From the human T2T-CHM13v2.0 reference genome, Homo sapiens, in assembly GCF_009914755.1 (NCBI RefSeq), contig NC_060946.1: a DNA stretch of 64,000 nt; one strand, 5' to 3'. The position numbers and the translations under genes were made by a program. Positions 15,001-26,500 of this stretch are shown piece by piece. The notes beneath the pieces are model-generated. The model made no database searches and was not told the DNA's origin. It saw only the letters and a list, made by a program, of their open reading frames with translations. The stretch's first letter is position 1. Each line of letters opens with the position of its first letter.

Positions 15001-16189
15001 ACAGTGAGATGAAGGCACACATCACAAAGAAGTTTCTCAGAAATCTCCTGTCTAGTTTTTATGTGAAGATATTTCGTATTTCACCACAGGCCATAAGGGG
15101 CTCACAAATATCCCTTTGCAGGTTCCACAAAAAGTCTGTTGCCAAACTGCTCAATCAAAAGAAAGGTTCAACTCTGTGACGTGAATGGACACATCACAAA
15201 CAATTTCTTGGAATGATTCCGTCTAGTTTTTATGGGAAGATGTTTCTCTTTCACCATTAGCCTCAAACGGATCAGAATTCTCCCTTTGCAGATTGTACGA
15301 TAAGCCTCTTTCCAATCTGCTCAATCAAAAGAAAGTTTCCACTCGGTGAGGTGAATACACACATCGCAAGGGAGTTTCTCAGAAAGCTTCGGTCTACTTT
15401 TCATGTGAAGATATTTCCAGTTTCACCGTAGGCCTCAAAGGGCTAAGAAATATCCCTTTCCAGATTCTAAAAGACGACCGTTTCCATACTTCTCAATCAA
15501 AAGAAAGGTTAAGTTCTCTGAGGTTAATGCCCACGTCAGAATGAAGTTTCTCAGAATTCTCCTGTCTAGTTTCTATGTGATGATATTTACTATTTCACTA
15601 TAGGCTTCAAAGGTCTCAAAAATATCCCTTTGCAGATTCTACAAAAATATGGTTTCCACAGTGCTGAATTAAAAGAAACCTTCAACTCTGTCAGATGAAT
15701 GGAGACATCACAAAGAAGTTCCTCGGGATGCTTCTGTCTAGTTTAAATGTGAAGATATTCCTTTTTCACCACAGACCTCAAATGGCTCAGAAATATACCT
15801 TTGCAGATTGCAGAAAAAGTCTGTCTCTAAACTGCTCAAATAAAATAAAGTTTCAACACTGTGAGATGAATGCACACATCACAAAGAAGTTTCTCAGAAA
15901 GCTTCTGTCTAGTTTTTATGTGAAGATATTTCCTTTTTCACCATAGTCCTTACACCGCTCACAAATATCCTTCTGCAGATACTAGAAAAAGACTGTTTCC
16001 AAACTGCTCCATCAAAAGAAAATTTCACCTACCTGAGATGAATGCACACATCATAAAGAAGTTTCTCAGAATTCTTCTGTCTAGATTTTATGTGAAGATA
16101 TTTCCATTTTCACCTTAGGCCACAAAGCGCTCCAAACATCCCTTTGCAGATGATACGAAAAGACTGTTTCCAAACTGCTCAATCAAAAG
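1..16189 (-). repeat. Alpha-satellite higher-order repeat array (20 x ~171 bp monomers, 3425 bp period), terminal part of the array
   Basis: Sequence at 1 recurs at 3426, 6851, 10276 and 13701, and the ORF track repeats with the same 3425 offset (327/3752/7177/10602/14027). 3425/171 is about 20. Monomers read gttcaactctgtgagatgaatgcacacatcacaaagaagtttctcagaa...gaagatatttcc, the reverse complement of the conventional alphoid consensus. Copies differ by only scattered SNPs, whereas monomers within a copy are highly diverged. Confidence 0.97.
13701..16189 (-). repeat. Terminal variant HOR copy with a 687 bp (4-monomer) internal deletion, truncated at the array edge
   Basis: Sequence at 15391 (HOR position 1691) continues with HOR position 2378 (ggtctactttt). 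The ORF expected at 16382 appears at 15695. The match to the HOR stops at about 16189. Confidence 0.92.
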
Positions 16190-19100
16190 GAAGGTTCAAC
16201 TCTGTGACGTGAATGGACACATCACAAAGAAGTTTCTCAGAATGCTTCTGTCTAGTTTTTATGTGCAGATATTTCGTTTTCACCATATGCCTAAAATGGC
16301 TCAGAAATATCCCTTTGCAGATTGTACAAAAAGACTGTTTCCAAGCTGCTCAGCCAAAAGAATCATTCAAGTCTGTGAAATGAAAGCACACATCACAAAG
16401 AGGTTTCTCAAAATGCTTCTGTCTAGTTTTTATGTGAATATATTTCCTTTTAAAACATAGGCCTCAATGCTCTCCAAATATCCATTTGTAAATTCTTCCA
16501 AAGACTGTTTCCAAAGTGGTCAATCAACAGAAGGTTTCAGTTCTGTAGGATGAAAGCACACATCACAAACAGGTTTCTCAGAAAGCTTCTGTCTAGTATT
16601 TATGTGAAGATATTTCCTATTTCACCTTAGGCCTCAATGGGATCACAAATATCCATTTGCCGATTCTACAAAAAGACTCTTTCTGAACTGATGAATGAAA
16701 AGAAATTTTCAACTCTGTGAGGTGAATGCACAGATAAGAAAGAAGTTTCTCAGAATGCTTGTGTCTAGTTTTTATGTGAAATTATTTCTTTTTCACCATA
16801 GGCCTCAAACCACTCAGAAATATTCCTTTGCAGTTTGCACAAAAATAACGTTTCCAAACTCCTCAATGAACAGAAAGGTTCAACTCTTTGAGATGAATGC
16901 AAATATCACAAAGAGTTATCTAAAAAAGCTTCTGTCTTGTTTTTATGTGAGGATATTTAGTTTTTCACAATAGGCCTCAAACAGCTCACAAATATACCTT
17001 TGCGGATTCTACAAAATGACTTGTTCCCAAACTGCTCAATGAAAAGAGAGGTTTGAATCTGTGAGATGAAAGCACGCATCATGAAGAAGTTTCTCAGAAA
17101 GTTTCTATCTAGTTATTGTGTGCAGATACTTCCTTTTTCACCTTATGCCTAAAAATGCTCCAAATATCTGTTTACAGGTTCTACAAAAAGAGTGTTTCCA
17201 AACTGCTCAATCCAAGGAAAGTTTCATCTCTGTGACATGAATGCATACATCACAAAGAAGTTTCTCAGAATGCTTCTGTCTAGTTTTTATGTGAAGAAAT
17301 TTCCTGTTCACCATAGGCCTGAAACACTGCAAATATCTATCTTCAGATTCTACAAAAGACTGTTTCCAAACTGCTCAATCAAAAGAAAAGTTCAACTCTG
17401 TGAGATGAATGCACACATTACAAAGAAGTTTCTCAGAAAGCTTCTGTCTAGTTTTTTTTGTGAAGATATTCCCTATTTCACCATAGGCCTGAAAGGGTTC
17501 ACAAATATCCTTTTGCATATTATACAAAAAGTCTGTCTCCAAACTGCTCAATCAAAAAAAAGTTTCAACTCTGTGTGATGAATGCACACATTACAAAGAA
17601 GTTTCTTAGAATGCTTTTGTCTAGTTTTTATATGAAGATACTTCTCTCACAATAAGCCTTAAATGGCTCAGAAGTATCCCTTTGCAGATTGTACAAAAAG
17701 ACTGTTTCCAAACTGCTCAATCAAAATAAAGTTTCAACACTGTGAGATGAATGCACACATCACAAAGAAGTTTCTCAGAAATCTGTTAAGATTTCATGTG
17801 AATATATTTCCTTTTTCACCATAGGCCTCAACGGGCTCAGAAGTATCCCTTTGTAGATTCTACAAAAGGTCTGTTTAGAAAACTGCTCAATCCAAAGAAA
17901 AGTTCAACTCTGTGAGATGAATGTACACAACTCAAATAAGTAAGTTTCTCACAATGGATCTGTCGAGGTTTTCTGTGAAGATATATACTTTTTAACCATA
18001 GTCCTTAAACTGCTCATGAATATCCCTCTGCAGATATTACAAAAAGACTGTTTGCAAACTGCTGCATCCAAAGAAATGTTCAACTCTGTGAGATGAATAC
18101 ACACATCACAAAGAAGTTTTTCAGAATGTTTCTGTCTGGTTTTTATGTGAAGATATTTCGTATTTCACTATAGGCTGTAAAGGGCTCACAAATATCCATT
18201 TGCATATTCAAAAAAAAGACTGTTTCCTAACTTTTCAAACTAAAGAAAGGTTCAACTCTGTGAGATGAATGCACACATCAGAAAGAGGTTTCTCAGAATG
18301 CTTCTGTCTGGCTTTTAGGTTTTTATGTGAAGAAATTTCCTTTTTCATCTTAGGACTCAGTGGGCTCAGAAATATCCCTTTGCAGATTCTACAAAAGGAC
18401 AGTTTAGCAAACTGCTGAATCCAAAGAAAGATTCAACTCTGTGAGATGAATTCACACACCACAAAGAAGTTTTGCAGAATACATCTGTCTAGTTTTTCTG
18501 TGAAGATATTTCTTTTTTCACCATAGGCCTCAAAGCACTCCAAATACCCATTTGTAGATTCTACAAAAAGAGTGTTTCCAAACTACTCAATCAAAACAAA
18601 GGTTCAACCCTGTGACACGGAAGCAAACATCACAAAGAAGTTTCTCAGAAAGCTTCTGTCTAGTTTTTATGTGAAGGTATTTCCTATTTCACCATGGGCC
18701 ATATAGCGCTCACAAATATTTTTTTGCAAATTCTACAAAAAGACTGTTTCCAAACTGCTCAATCCACAGAAAGTTTCAACTCTGTGAGATGAACGGACAC
18801 ACCACAAAAAAAGTTGATCAGAATGCTTCTATCTAGGTTTTATGTGAAGACATTTCTTTTTCACCCTAGGCTTCGATAGGCTCAGAAATATCCCTTTGCA
18901 GATTCTACAAAAGGACTGTTTCCAAACTGCTCAATCGAAGAAAGGTTCAACTCTATGAGATGAATGCACACATCACATAGATGTTTCTCACAATCGTTCT
19001 ATTTTTTATGTGAAAGTATTTCCTTTTTCACCACAGGCCTCAAAGTGCTCCAAACATCCATTTGCTGATTCCATAAAAAGACTCTTTCCAAACTCCTCAA

Positions 19101-20990
19101 TCAAAGAAGGATTCAACTGTATGAAATGAATGCACACATCACAGAGATGTTTTTCACAATGCTTCTGTCTATTTTTTATGTGAAGGTATTTCCTTTTTCA
19201 CCATAGGCCTCAAAGCGCTCCAAACATCCACTTGCTGATTCCACAAAAAGACTCTTTCCAAACTGCTCAATCAAAAGAAAGGTACAACTCCGTGTGTTGA
19301 AAGCACACATCACAAAGAAGTTTCTCAGAAAGCTTCTGTCTAGTTTTTCTTTCAGTATATTTCCTGCTTCACCATGGGCCATAAAGGGCTCAAAAATATT
19401 TTTTGCAGATTCTACAAAGAGACTGTTTCCAAACTGCTCATTCCAAAGAAAGGTTCAACTCTGTGAGATGAATGGACACAAGACAAAGAAGTTTGTCAGA
19501 ATACTTCTGTCTAGGGTTCATGTGAGATATTTTCTTTTCCACCATAGTCCTCAAAGTGCTCCAAATATACATTTGCAGATTCTACAAAAAGTGTGATTCC
19601 AAACTGCACAATCAAAAGAAACGTTCAACTCTGTGAGATGAAAGCACACATCGCAAATAAGTTTCTCAGAAATCTTCTGACTAGTTTTTATGTGAAGATA
19701 TTTCCTATTTCACCATAGGCCTCAATGGGCTCACAAATATCCCTTTGCAGAATCCACAAAAGGACTGTTTTGAAACTGCTCAATCAGAAGAAAGTTTCAA
19801 CTCTGTGAGATGAATGCATACATCACAAAGAAGTTTCTCAGAATGCTTCTGTCTAGTTTTTAGGTGAAGATATTTCCTTTTTCACCATAGGCGTCAAAGT
19901 GCTCCAAATATCCATTTGCATATTCTACAAAAAGGCTGTTTCCAAACTCCTCAATCAAAAGAGAGGTTCAACTCCGTGAAATGAAAGCACATTTCATGAA
20001 GAAGTTTCTCAGAATGCTTCTGTCTAGTTTTTATGTGAAGATATTTCCTACTTCACCTTAGGCCATAAAGGGCTCACAAATATCCCTCTGCAGATTCTAG
20101 AAAAGGACTCTTTTCAAACTGCTCAATCAAAAGAAAGGTTCAAATCTGTGAGATGAATGCACACATCACAAAGAAGATTCTCCGAAAGCTTCTGTCCACT
20201 TTTTATGTGAAGATATTTCCCTTTTCACCATACCTATCAAAGCGCTCAAAATATCCCTTTTCAGATTCTCAGAAAAGACTGTTTCCAAACTTCTCAATCA
20301 AAAGAATGGTTCAAATCTGTGAGATGAATGCATATATCACAAAGAAGTTTCTCTGAAATCTTCTGTGTAGTTTTTATGTGAAGACATTTCCTTTTTTTAC
20401 CATAGGCCTCAAGCCACTCACAAATATCCCTTTGCAGATTTTACAAGAACAGTTTCCAGACTCATCAAACAATAGAAACTTTTCTCTCTGAGACAAGTGC
20501 ACACCTTGCAAAACAGCTTCTCAGAAACATTCTTTATAGTTTTTATTGAAGATATTTCCTTTTTCACCATAGACCTCATAGAGCTGACAAATATCCCTTT
20601 GCAGTTTCTACAAAAAGTCTGTTTACAAACTGCTCAATCAAGAGAATGGTTCAACTCTGTGAGATGAATGCACACATCACAAAGAGGTTTCTCTGAAAAC
20701 TTCTGTCTAGTTTTTATGTGAAGATATTTCCTTTCTCACCATAGGCCTCAAAGGGCTCACAAATATCCCATTGCAGATTCTACAAATTGACAGTTTTCAA
20801 ACTGTTCAGTCAAAAGACTGTTTCAACTATGTGAGATGAATGCACACATGACAGGGAGGTTTCTCAGAGAACTTCTGTCTATTTATTATGTGCAGGTATT
20901 TCCTTTTTCACCAAAGACCTCAAAGTGCTCACAAATATCTCCTTGCAGATTCTACAAGAACAGAGTATCCAAACTGATTAATCAAAAGAA
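16190..20990 (-). repeat. Diverged (monomeric-type) alpha satellite, about 28 monomers, A-type
   Basis: The ~171 bp period continues in the same orientation, but there is no 3425 bp periodicity and there are many indels. Box region reads tttcctttttcaccatagg (pJalpha/A-type). Confidence 0.93.
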
Positions 20991-20997
20991 TGCATCA

Positions 20998-21907
20998 CAT
21001 AAAATCTCTAGAAGAAAACCCAGGCAATAACATTCAGGACACAGGTATGGGCAAGGTCTTCATGTCTAAAACACCTAAAGCAATGGCAACAAAATCCACA
21101 ATTGACAAATGGGCTCTCATTAAACTAAGGAGCTTCTGCACAGCAAAAGAAACCACCATCAGAGTGAACAGGAATCCTATAGAATGGGAGAAAAAATTTG
21201 CAACCTACTCATCTGACAAAGGGCTAATATCCTGAATCTACAATGAACTCAGACAAACTTACAGGACAAAAAACAAACAACCCCATCAAAAAGTGGGCGA
21301 ATGATATGAACAGACATTTCTCAAAAGAAGACATTTATGCAGCCAATGAACAAATGAAAAAATGCTCATCTTCACTGGCCATCAGAGAAATGCAAGTTAA
21401 AACCACAATGAGATACCATCTCACACCAGTTAGAATGGCGATCATTAAAAAGTCAGGAAACAACAGGTGCTGGAGAGGATGTGAGAAATAGGAACACTTT
21501 TGCACTGTTGGTGGGAATGTAAACTAGTTCAACCATTGTGGAAGTCGGTATGGCGATTCCTCACGGATCTAGAACTAGAAATACCACTTGACCCAGCCAT
21601 CCCATTACTGGGTATATACCCAAAGGATTATAAATCATGCTGCTATAAAGGCATATGCACATGTATATTTATAGTGGCACTATTCACAATAGCAAATACT
21701 TGGAACCAACCTAAATGTCCAACAACGATAGACTGGATGAAGAAAATGTGGCACATATACAACATGGAACACTATGCAGCCATAAAAAATGATGAGTTCA
21801 TGTCCTTTGTAGGGACATGGATGAAGCTGGAAACCATCATTCTCAGCGAACTATGGCAAGGACAAAAAATAAAACACCACACTTCCTCACTCATAGTTGG
21901 GAATTGA
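20998..21907 (+). pseudogene. Inactivated C-terminal fragment of L1 ORF2p (includes the cysteine-rich CCHC motif)
   Basis: ORFs 20990-21235, 21243-21491 and 21500-21907 are pieces of one ORF2 frame, broken by a TGA at 21233-21235 and a 1-bp loss near 21483 within CWRGC..(EIGTLL)HCWWEC. Natural ORF2 stop at 21905-21907. Confidence 0.9.
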
Positions 21908-22148
21908 TCAAAGAGAACACATGGACACAGGAAGGGAAACATCACACACAATACATCAGGGATTGTAGTCGGGTGGGGGGAGGGGGAGGGATAGCATTAG
22001 GAGATATACCTAATGCTAAATGATGAGTTCTTGGGAGCAACACACAAACATAGCACAAGTATACATATGTAACAAACCTGCACATTGTACACATGTTCCC
22101 TAAAACTTAAATTATAATAATAATAAAAGTAAATAATTAAAAAATAAA
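20998..22148 (+). mobile_element. LINE-1, 5'-truncated (~1.15 kb), L1PA3-like (L1PA3/PA4 range): ORF2 3' end, 3'UTR and A-rich tail
   Basis: Begins cataaaatctctagaagaaaacccaggcaat. Translated frames give L1 ORF2 C-terminal peptides ([77 protein letters not shown]). Shows the G-rich 3'UTR tract gggtgggggagggggagggatagcattaggagatatacctaatgctaaatgatgag and the end ccctaaaacttaaattataataa. Subfamily inferred from remembered 3'UTR diagnostics. Confidence 0.96.
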
Positions 22149-22164
22149 CCCAGAGCTCCACAAA

Positions 22165-22940
22165 AAAAGAAGAAGGTTCAACTCTATGAGATGAATACAT
22201 AAATCACAAATAAGTTCCTCAGAAAACTTCTGTCTACATTTTATATGAAGATATTTCCTTTTTCACCATAGGCCTCAAAGCGCTCACAAATATCCCTTTG
22301 CAGATTCTACAAGAAAAGAGTTTCCCATCTACTCAATGAAAAGAAACATTTACCTCTGTGAGATGAATGCACACATTACAAAGTAGTTTCTCAGAAACCT
22401 TCTGTATAGTTTTTATGTGAAAATATTTCCTTTTTCCCCATAGGACGCAAAGCGCTCATAAATATCCCTTTGCTGATTCTACAAAAAGACTGTTTCCAAA
22501 CTGCTCAATCAAAAGAATGGTTCAACTGTTTGAGAGGAATGCACACATAAAACAGAAGTGTCTCAGAAAGCTTCTGTCTAGTATTCATGTGAAGATATTT
22601 CCTTTCTCACCATTGGCCTCCAATTGTACACAAATATCCCTTTGCAGATTCTACAGAAAGACTGTTTCCAATATGCTAAATCAATAGAAAGGTTCAAGTC
22701 TGTGAGATGAATTCAAACATCACAGAGCAGTTTCTCAGAAACCATCTTTCTAGTTTTTCTGTGAAGATATTTCCTTTTTCACCTCAGGATTCAAAGCGCT
22801 CACAAATATCCTTTTGTAGATTCTACAAAAAGACGGTTACCAAACTGCTCAATCAAAAGAATGGTTAAACTCTGAGAGATGAATGCACATACCACAAAAA
22901 AGTTTCTAATAAATCTTCTGTCTAGTTTTTATGTGAAGAT
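22165..22940 (-). repeat. Diverged monomeric alpha satellite (about 4.5 monomers) resuming after the L1
   Basis: aagaaggttcaactctatgagatgaat continues the monomer interrupted at 20990 (ccaaactgattaatcaaaagaa). Ends at tctagtttttatgtgaagat. Confidence 0.93.
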
Positions 22941-23581
22941 CGGTGTGCAGTGGAATGAAATGGAATGGAACAGAATGGAAGGGAAGGGAATGGACTGGAG
23001 TGGAATGGAACAGAGTGGAGTGGAGTGGTGACCATAGGAGTGGAGTGGAGAGGAGTGGAACGGAATGTAGTGGATTTGAAAGGAATGGAATGGAATGGAG
23101 TGGAGTGGAGAGGAGTGGAGTCGAATGGAATGGAGTGGAGTGGAATGGGATGGAGTGGAGTGGAGAGGAGTGGATTAAAGTGGAGTGGAGTGGATTGGAG
23201 TGGAGTGGAGTTGAATGGAGTGCAATGAAATGGAACAGAATGGAATGGAGTGGAAAGGAACAGAATAGAGTGGAATGGAAAGGAGTGGAGTGAAGTGGAA
23301 AGGAATGGAATAGAGTGGAATGGGATGGAGTTGAGTGGAAAGGAGTGGAATGGAGTGAAATGGAGTGTAGTGGAATGGAGTGTAGTGGAATGGAGTGCAG
23401 TGGAATGGAATGGAATAGAATGGAATGGAATGGAATGAAAAAGAACGGAACAAAGTGGAGTGGAGTGCAGTTGAGTGGAGTGGATCGGAGTGGACTAGAA
23501 TGGAATGGAACGAAAAGGAATGGAATGGAATGGAATGGCATGGTATGGAATGCACTGGAGTGGAATGGAATGGAATAAAAT

Positions 23582-26500
23582 GGTGAAATGTAACATGAGC
23601 TAAGATTGTGCCACTGCACTACAGTCTGGGTGACAGAGTTGCATCCAATCGAAATGAAGGAATGGAATGCAATGGAGTAGAGGGGAATGGAAGGGATTGG
23701 AGTGGAATGGAATGGAATGGAATGGAATAGAGTGGAATGGAGTGGAGTGTATAGGAATGGAATGGAGTGGAAGGGAATGAAATGGAATGGAGTAGAATGG
23801 AATGGAAGGAAGTGGAATGGAGTATAATGGAGTGGAGTGGAATGGAGTAGAATGCAATAGAAAGGAATGGAGTGGAATTGAATGGAATGCAATTGAGTGG
23901 AATGGAGTGGAGTGGAGTGCAGTGGAATGGAGTGGAATGGAGTGGAGTGGAATGGAATCGACTGGAATGGAATGGAATGGTACAGAACGGAACGGGACAG
24001 AGTAGAATGGAGTGGAGCTGAGTGGAGTGTAGTGGAGTTGAATGGAGTTTAATGGAGTGCAGTGGAATGGAATGGAATGGAGGGGAGTGGAGTGGAGTGG
24101 GGTGGAGTGGAGTGGAGCGGAGTGGAGTGGACTGGAATGGAGTAGAATGGAGTGGAATGGAATGGAGTGGAGTGGAATGGAATGGAAAGGAATTGAATGG
24201 AACGGAATGGAATGGAACAGAAGGGAATGGAGTGGAGTGGAGTAGTGTAGAGTTGAGTGTAGTGGATTGCAGTGCAGCTGAAAGGAATGGAAGGGAAAGG
24301 AATTGAATGGAGTGGTGTGGAATGGAATGGAATGGAATGGAATGGAATGGAATGGAATGGAATGGAAAAGATTGGAGTGGATTGGAGTGGAGTGGAATGG
24401 AGAGAACTGGAAACTGATGGAATGGAATGGAGTGGAGTAAGGTGGAGTGGAGTGGAATGGAATAAAATGGAAAGAAATGGAATGGAATGGAATGGAATGG
24501 AATGGAATGGAATGGAATGGTGAAATGTAATGTTAGCTAAGATTGTGTCACTGCACTCCAGTCTTGGTGTCAGAGTGAGATCCAATCGAAATAAAGGAAT
24601 GGAATGGAATGGAGTAGAAAGGTATGGAAAGGAGTGGATGCGAATGGAAAGGAGTGGAATTGATTGGAGTGGAGTGGAGTGGATTGGAATGGAATAGAGG
24701 GGAGTGGAGTGGAGTGGAATGGAGTGGAAAGGAGTGAAATGGAGTGGAATGGAATGGAGTGGAGCGGAATGGAATGGAGTGGAATGGAAAGGAATGGTAC
24801 GGAATGAAATGGAACAGAATGGAACGTATTGGAAAAGAGTGAAGTGGAGTGGATTGGATCACAGTTGAAAGAATAGAATGAAATGGAATTAGATGGAGTG
24901 GAGTGGAATGGAATGGAATGGAGTGGAGTGGAGTGGAGTGGAATGGAGAGAACTGGAAACAGATGGAATGGAAAGGAGTGGAGTGAAGTAGAGTGGAGTG
25001 GAATGGAGTAGAATGGAATGGAATGGAATGGAATGGAATGGAATGGAATGGAATGGAATGGAATGGTGAAATGTAATGTTAGCTAAAATTGTGTCACTTT
25101 ACTCCAGTCTGGGTGTCACAGTGAGATCCAATCGAAATAAAGGAATGGAATGGAATGGAGTAGAATGGAATGGAATGGAATGGAGTGGATAGGAATTGAA
25201 CAGATTGGAATGGAGTGGAGTGGAGTGGATTGGAATGGAATGGAGGGGAGTTGAGTGGAGTGGATTGGATTGGAATGGAATGGAGGGGAGTGGAGTGGAG
25301 TAGATTGGATTGGAATGGAATGGAGGGGAGTGGAGTGGAGTGAAGTGGAATGGAGTGGAAACGAGTGAAATGGAGTGGAATAGAATGGAGCAGAATGGAA
25401 CGGAATGGTAAGGAATAAAATTGAATGGAATGGAACGTATTCAAGTGGAGTGCAGTGGAGTTGAGTGGAATGGAATGGAGTGCAATTGAATAGAATGGAA
25501 TGGAACGAAATTGAAAGGAGTGAAGTGGAATGGAATGGAATGGAATGGAATGGAGTGGATTGGAGTGGAGTGGAGTGGAGTGGAGTGGAATGGAGAGAAC
25601 TGGAAACTGATGGAATGGAATGGAGTGGAGTGAAGTGGAGTGGAGTGGAATGGAACATAATGGAAAGGAATGGAATGGAATGGAATGGAATGCAATGGAA
25701 TGGAATGGAATGTTGAAATGTAATGTTAGCTAAGATTGTGTCACTGCACTCCAGTTTGGGTGTCAGAGTGAGATCTAATCCAAATAAAGGAATGGAATGG
25801 AATGGAGTAGAATGGAATGCAATGGAGTGGATTGGAATGGAACGGAGTGGAATGGAGTGGAGTCGAGTGGATTGGAATGGAACAGAGGGGAGTAAAGTGG
25901 AATGGAGTGGAAAGAAGTGAAATAGAGAGGGATGGAATGGAATGGAGGGGAATGGGACTGAACAGTATGGAACGAAATGGAATGGAATGGAAGGTATTGG
26001 AGTGGAGTGCCGTGGAGTTGAGTGGAGTGGATCAGAGTGTAGTGGAATGGAGTAGAATGGAATGGAATTGAGTGGAGTGGAGTGGAGTGAGTGTAATGGA
26101 ATGGAATGGAGTTGAAAGGAATGGAATCGTGAAATGAAATGAGAGCTAAGACTTCGCCACTGCACTCCAGTCTGGGTGACAGAGTGAGATTCAGTTGAAA
26201 TAAAGGAATCGAATGGAATGGAATAGAATAGAATGGAACGGAGGGGAGTGGAGTGAAGAGCGGTGGATTGGAGTGGAATGGAGGCGAATGGAATGGAGTG
26301 GAGTGGAATGGAATGGAATGGAATGGAACAGAGTGGAATGGAATGGAATGGAACAAAGTTGAGTGGGGTGGAGTGTAGTTGAGTGGAGTGGATCGCAGTG
26401 GACTGGAATGGAATGGAATGGAATGGAATGGCATGGTATGGAGTGGAGTGGAGTGGAATGGAGTGGAGTGGAGTGGAGTGGAGTGGAATGGAATGGAATG

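Noticed and set aside
327-21030. Repeated 60-128 aa ORFs (e.g. MNAHITKKFLRKLLSSFYVKIF) in the alphoid region
   Set aside because: They are translations of 171-bp alpha-satellite monomers and recur with the HOR period. There is no gene structure.
21817-22200. ORFs 21817-22023 (+) and 21997-22200 (-) as small genes
   Set aside because: They are alternative-frame or antisense readings of the L1 ORF2 end, 3'UTR and tail.
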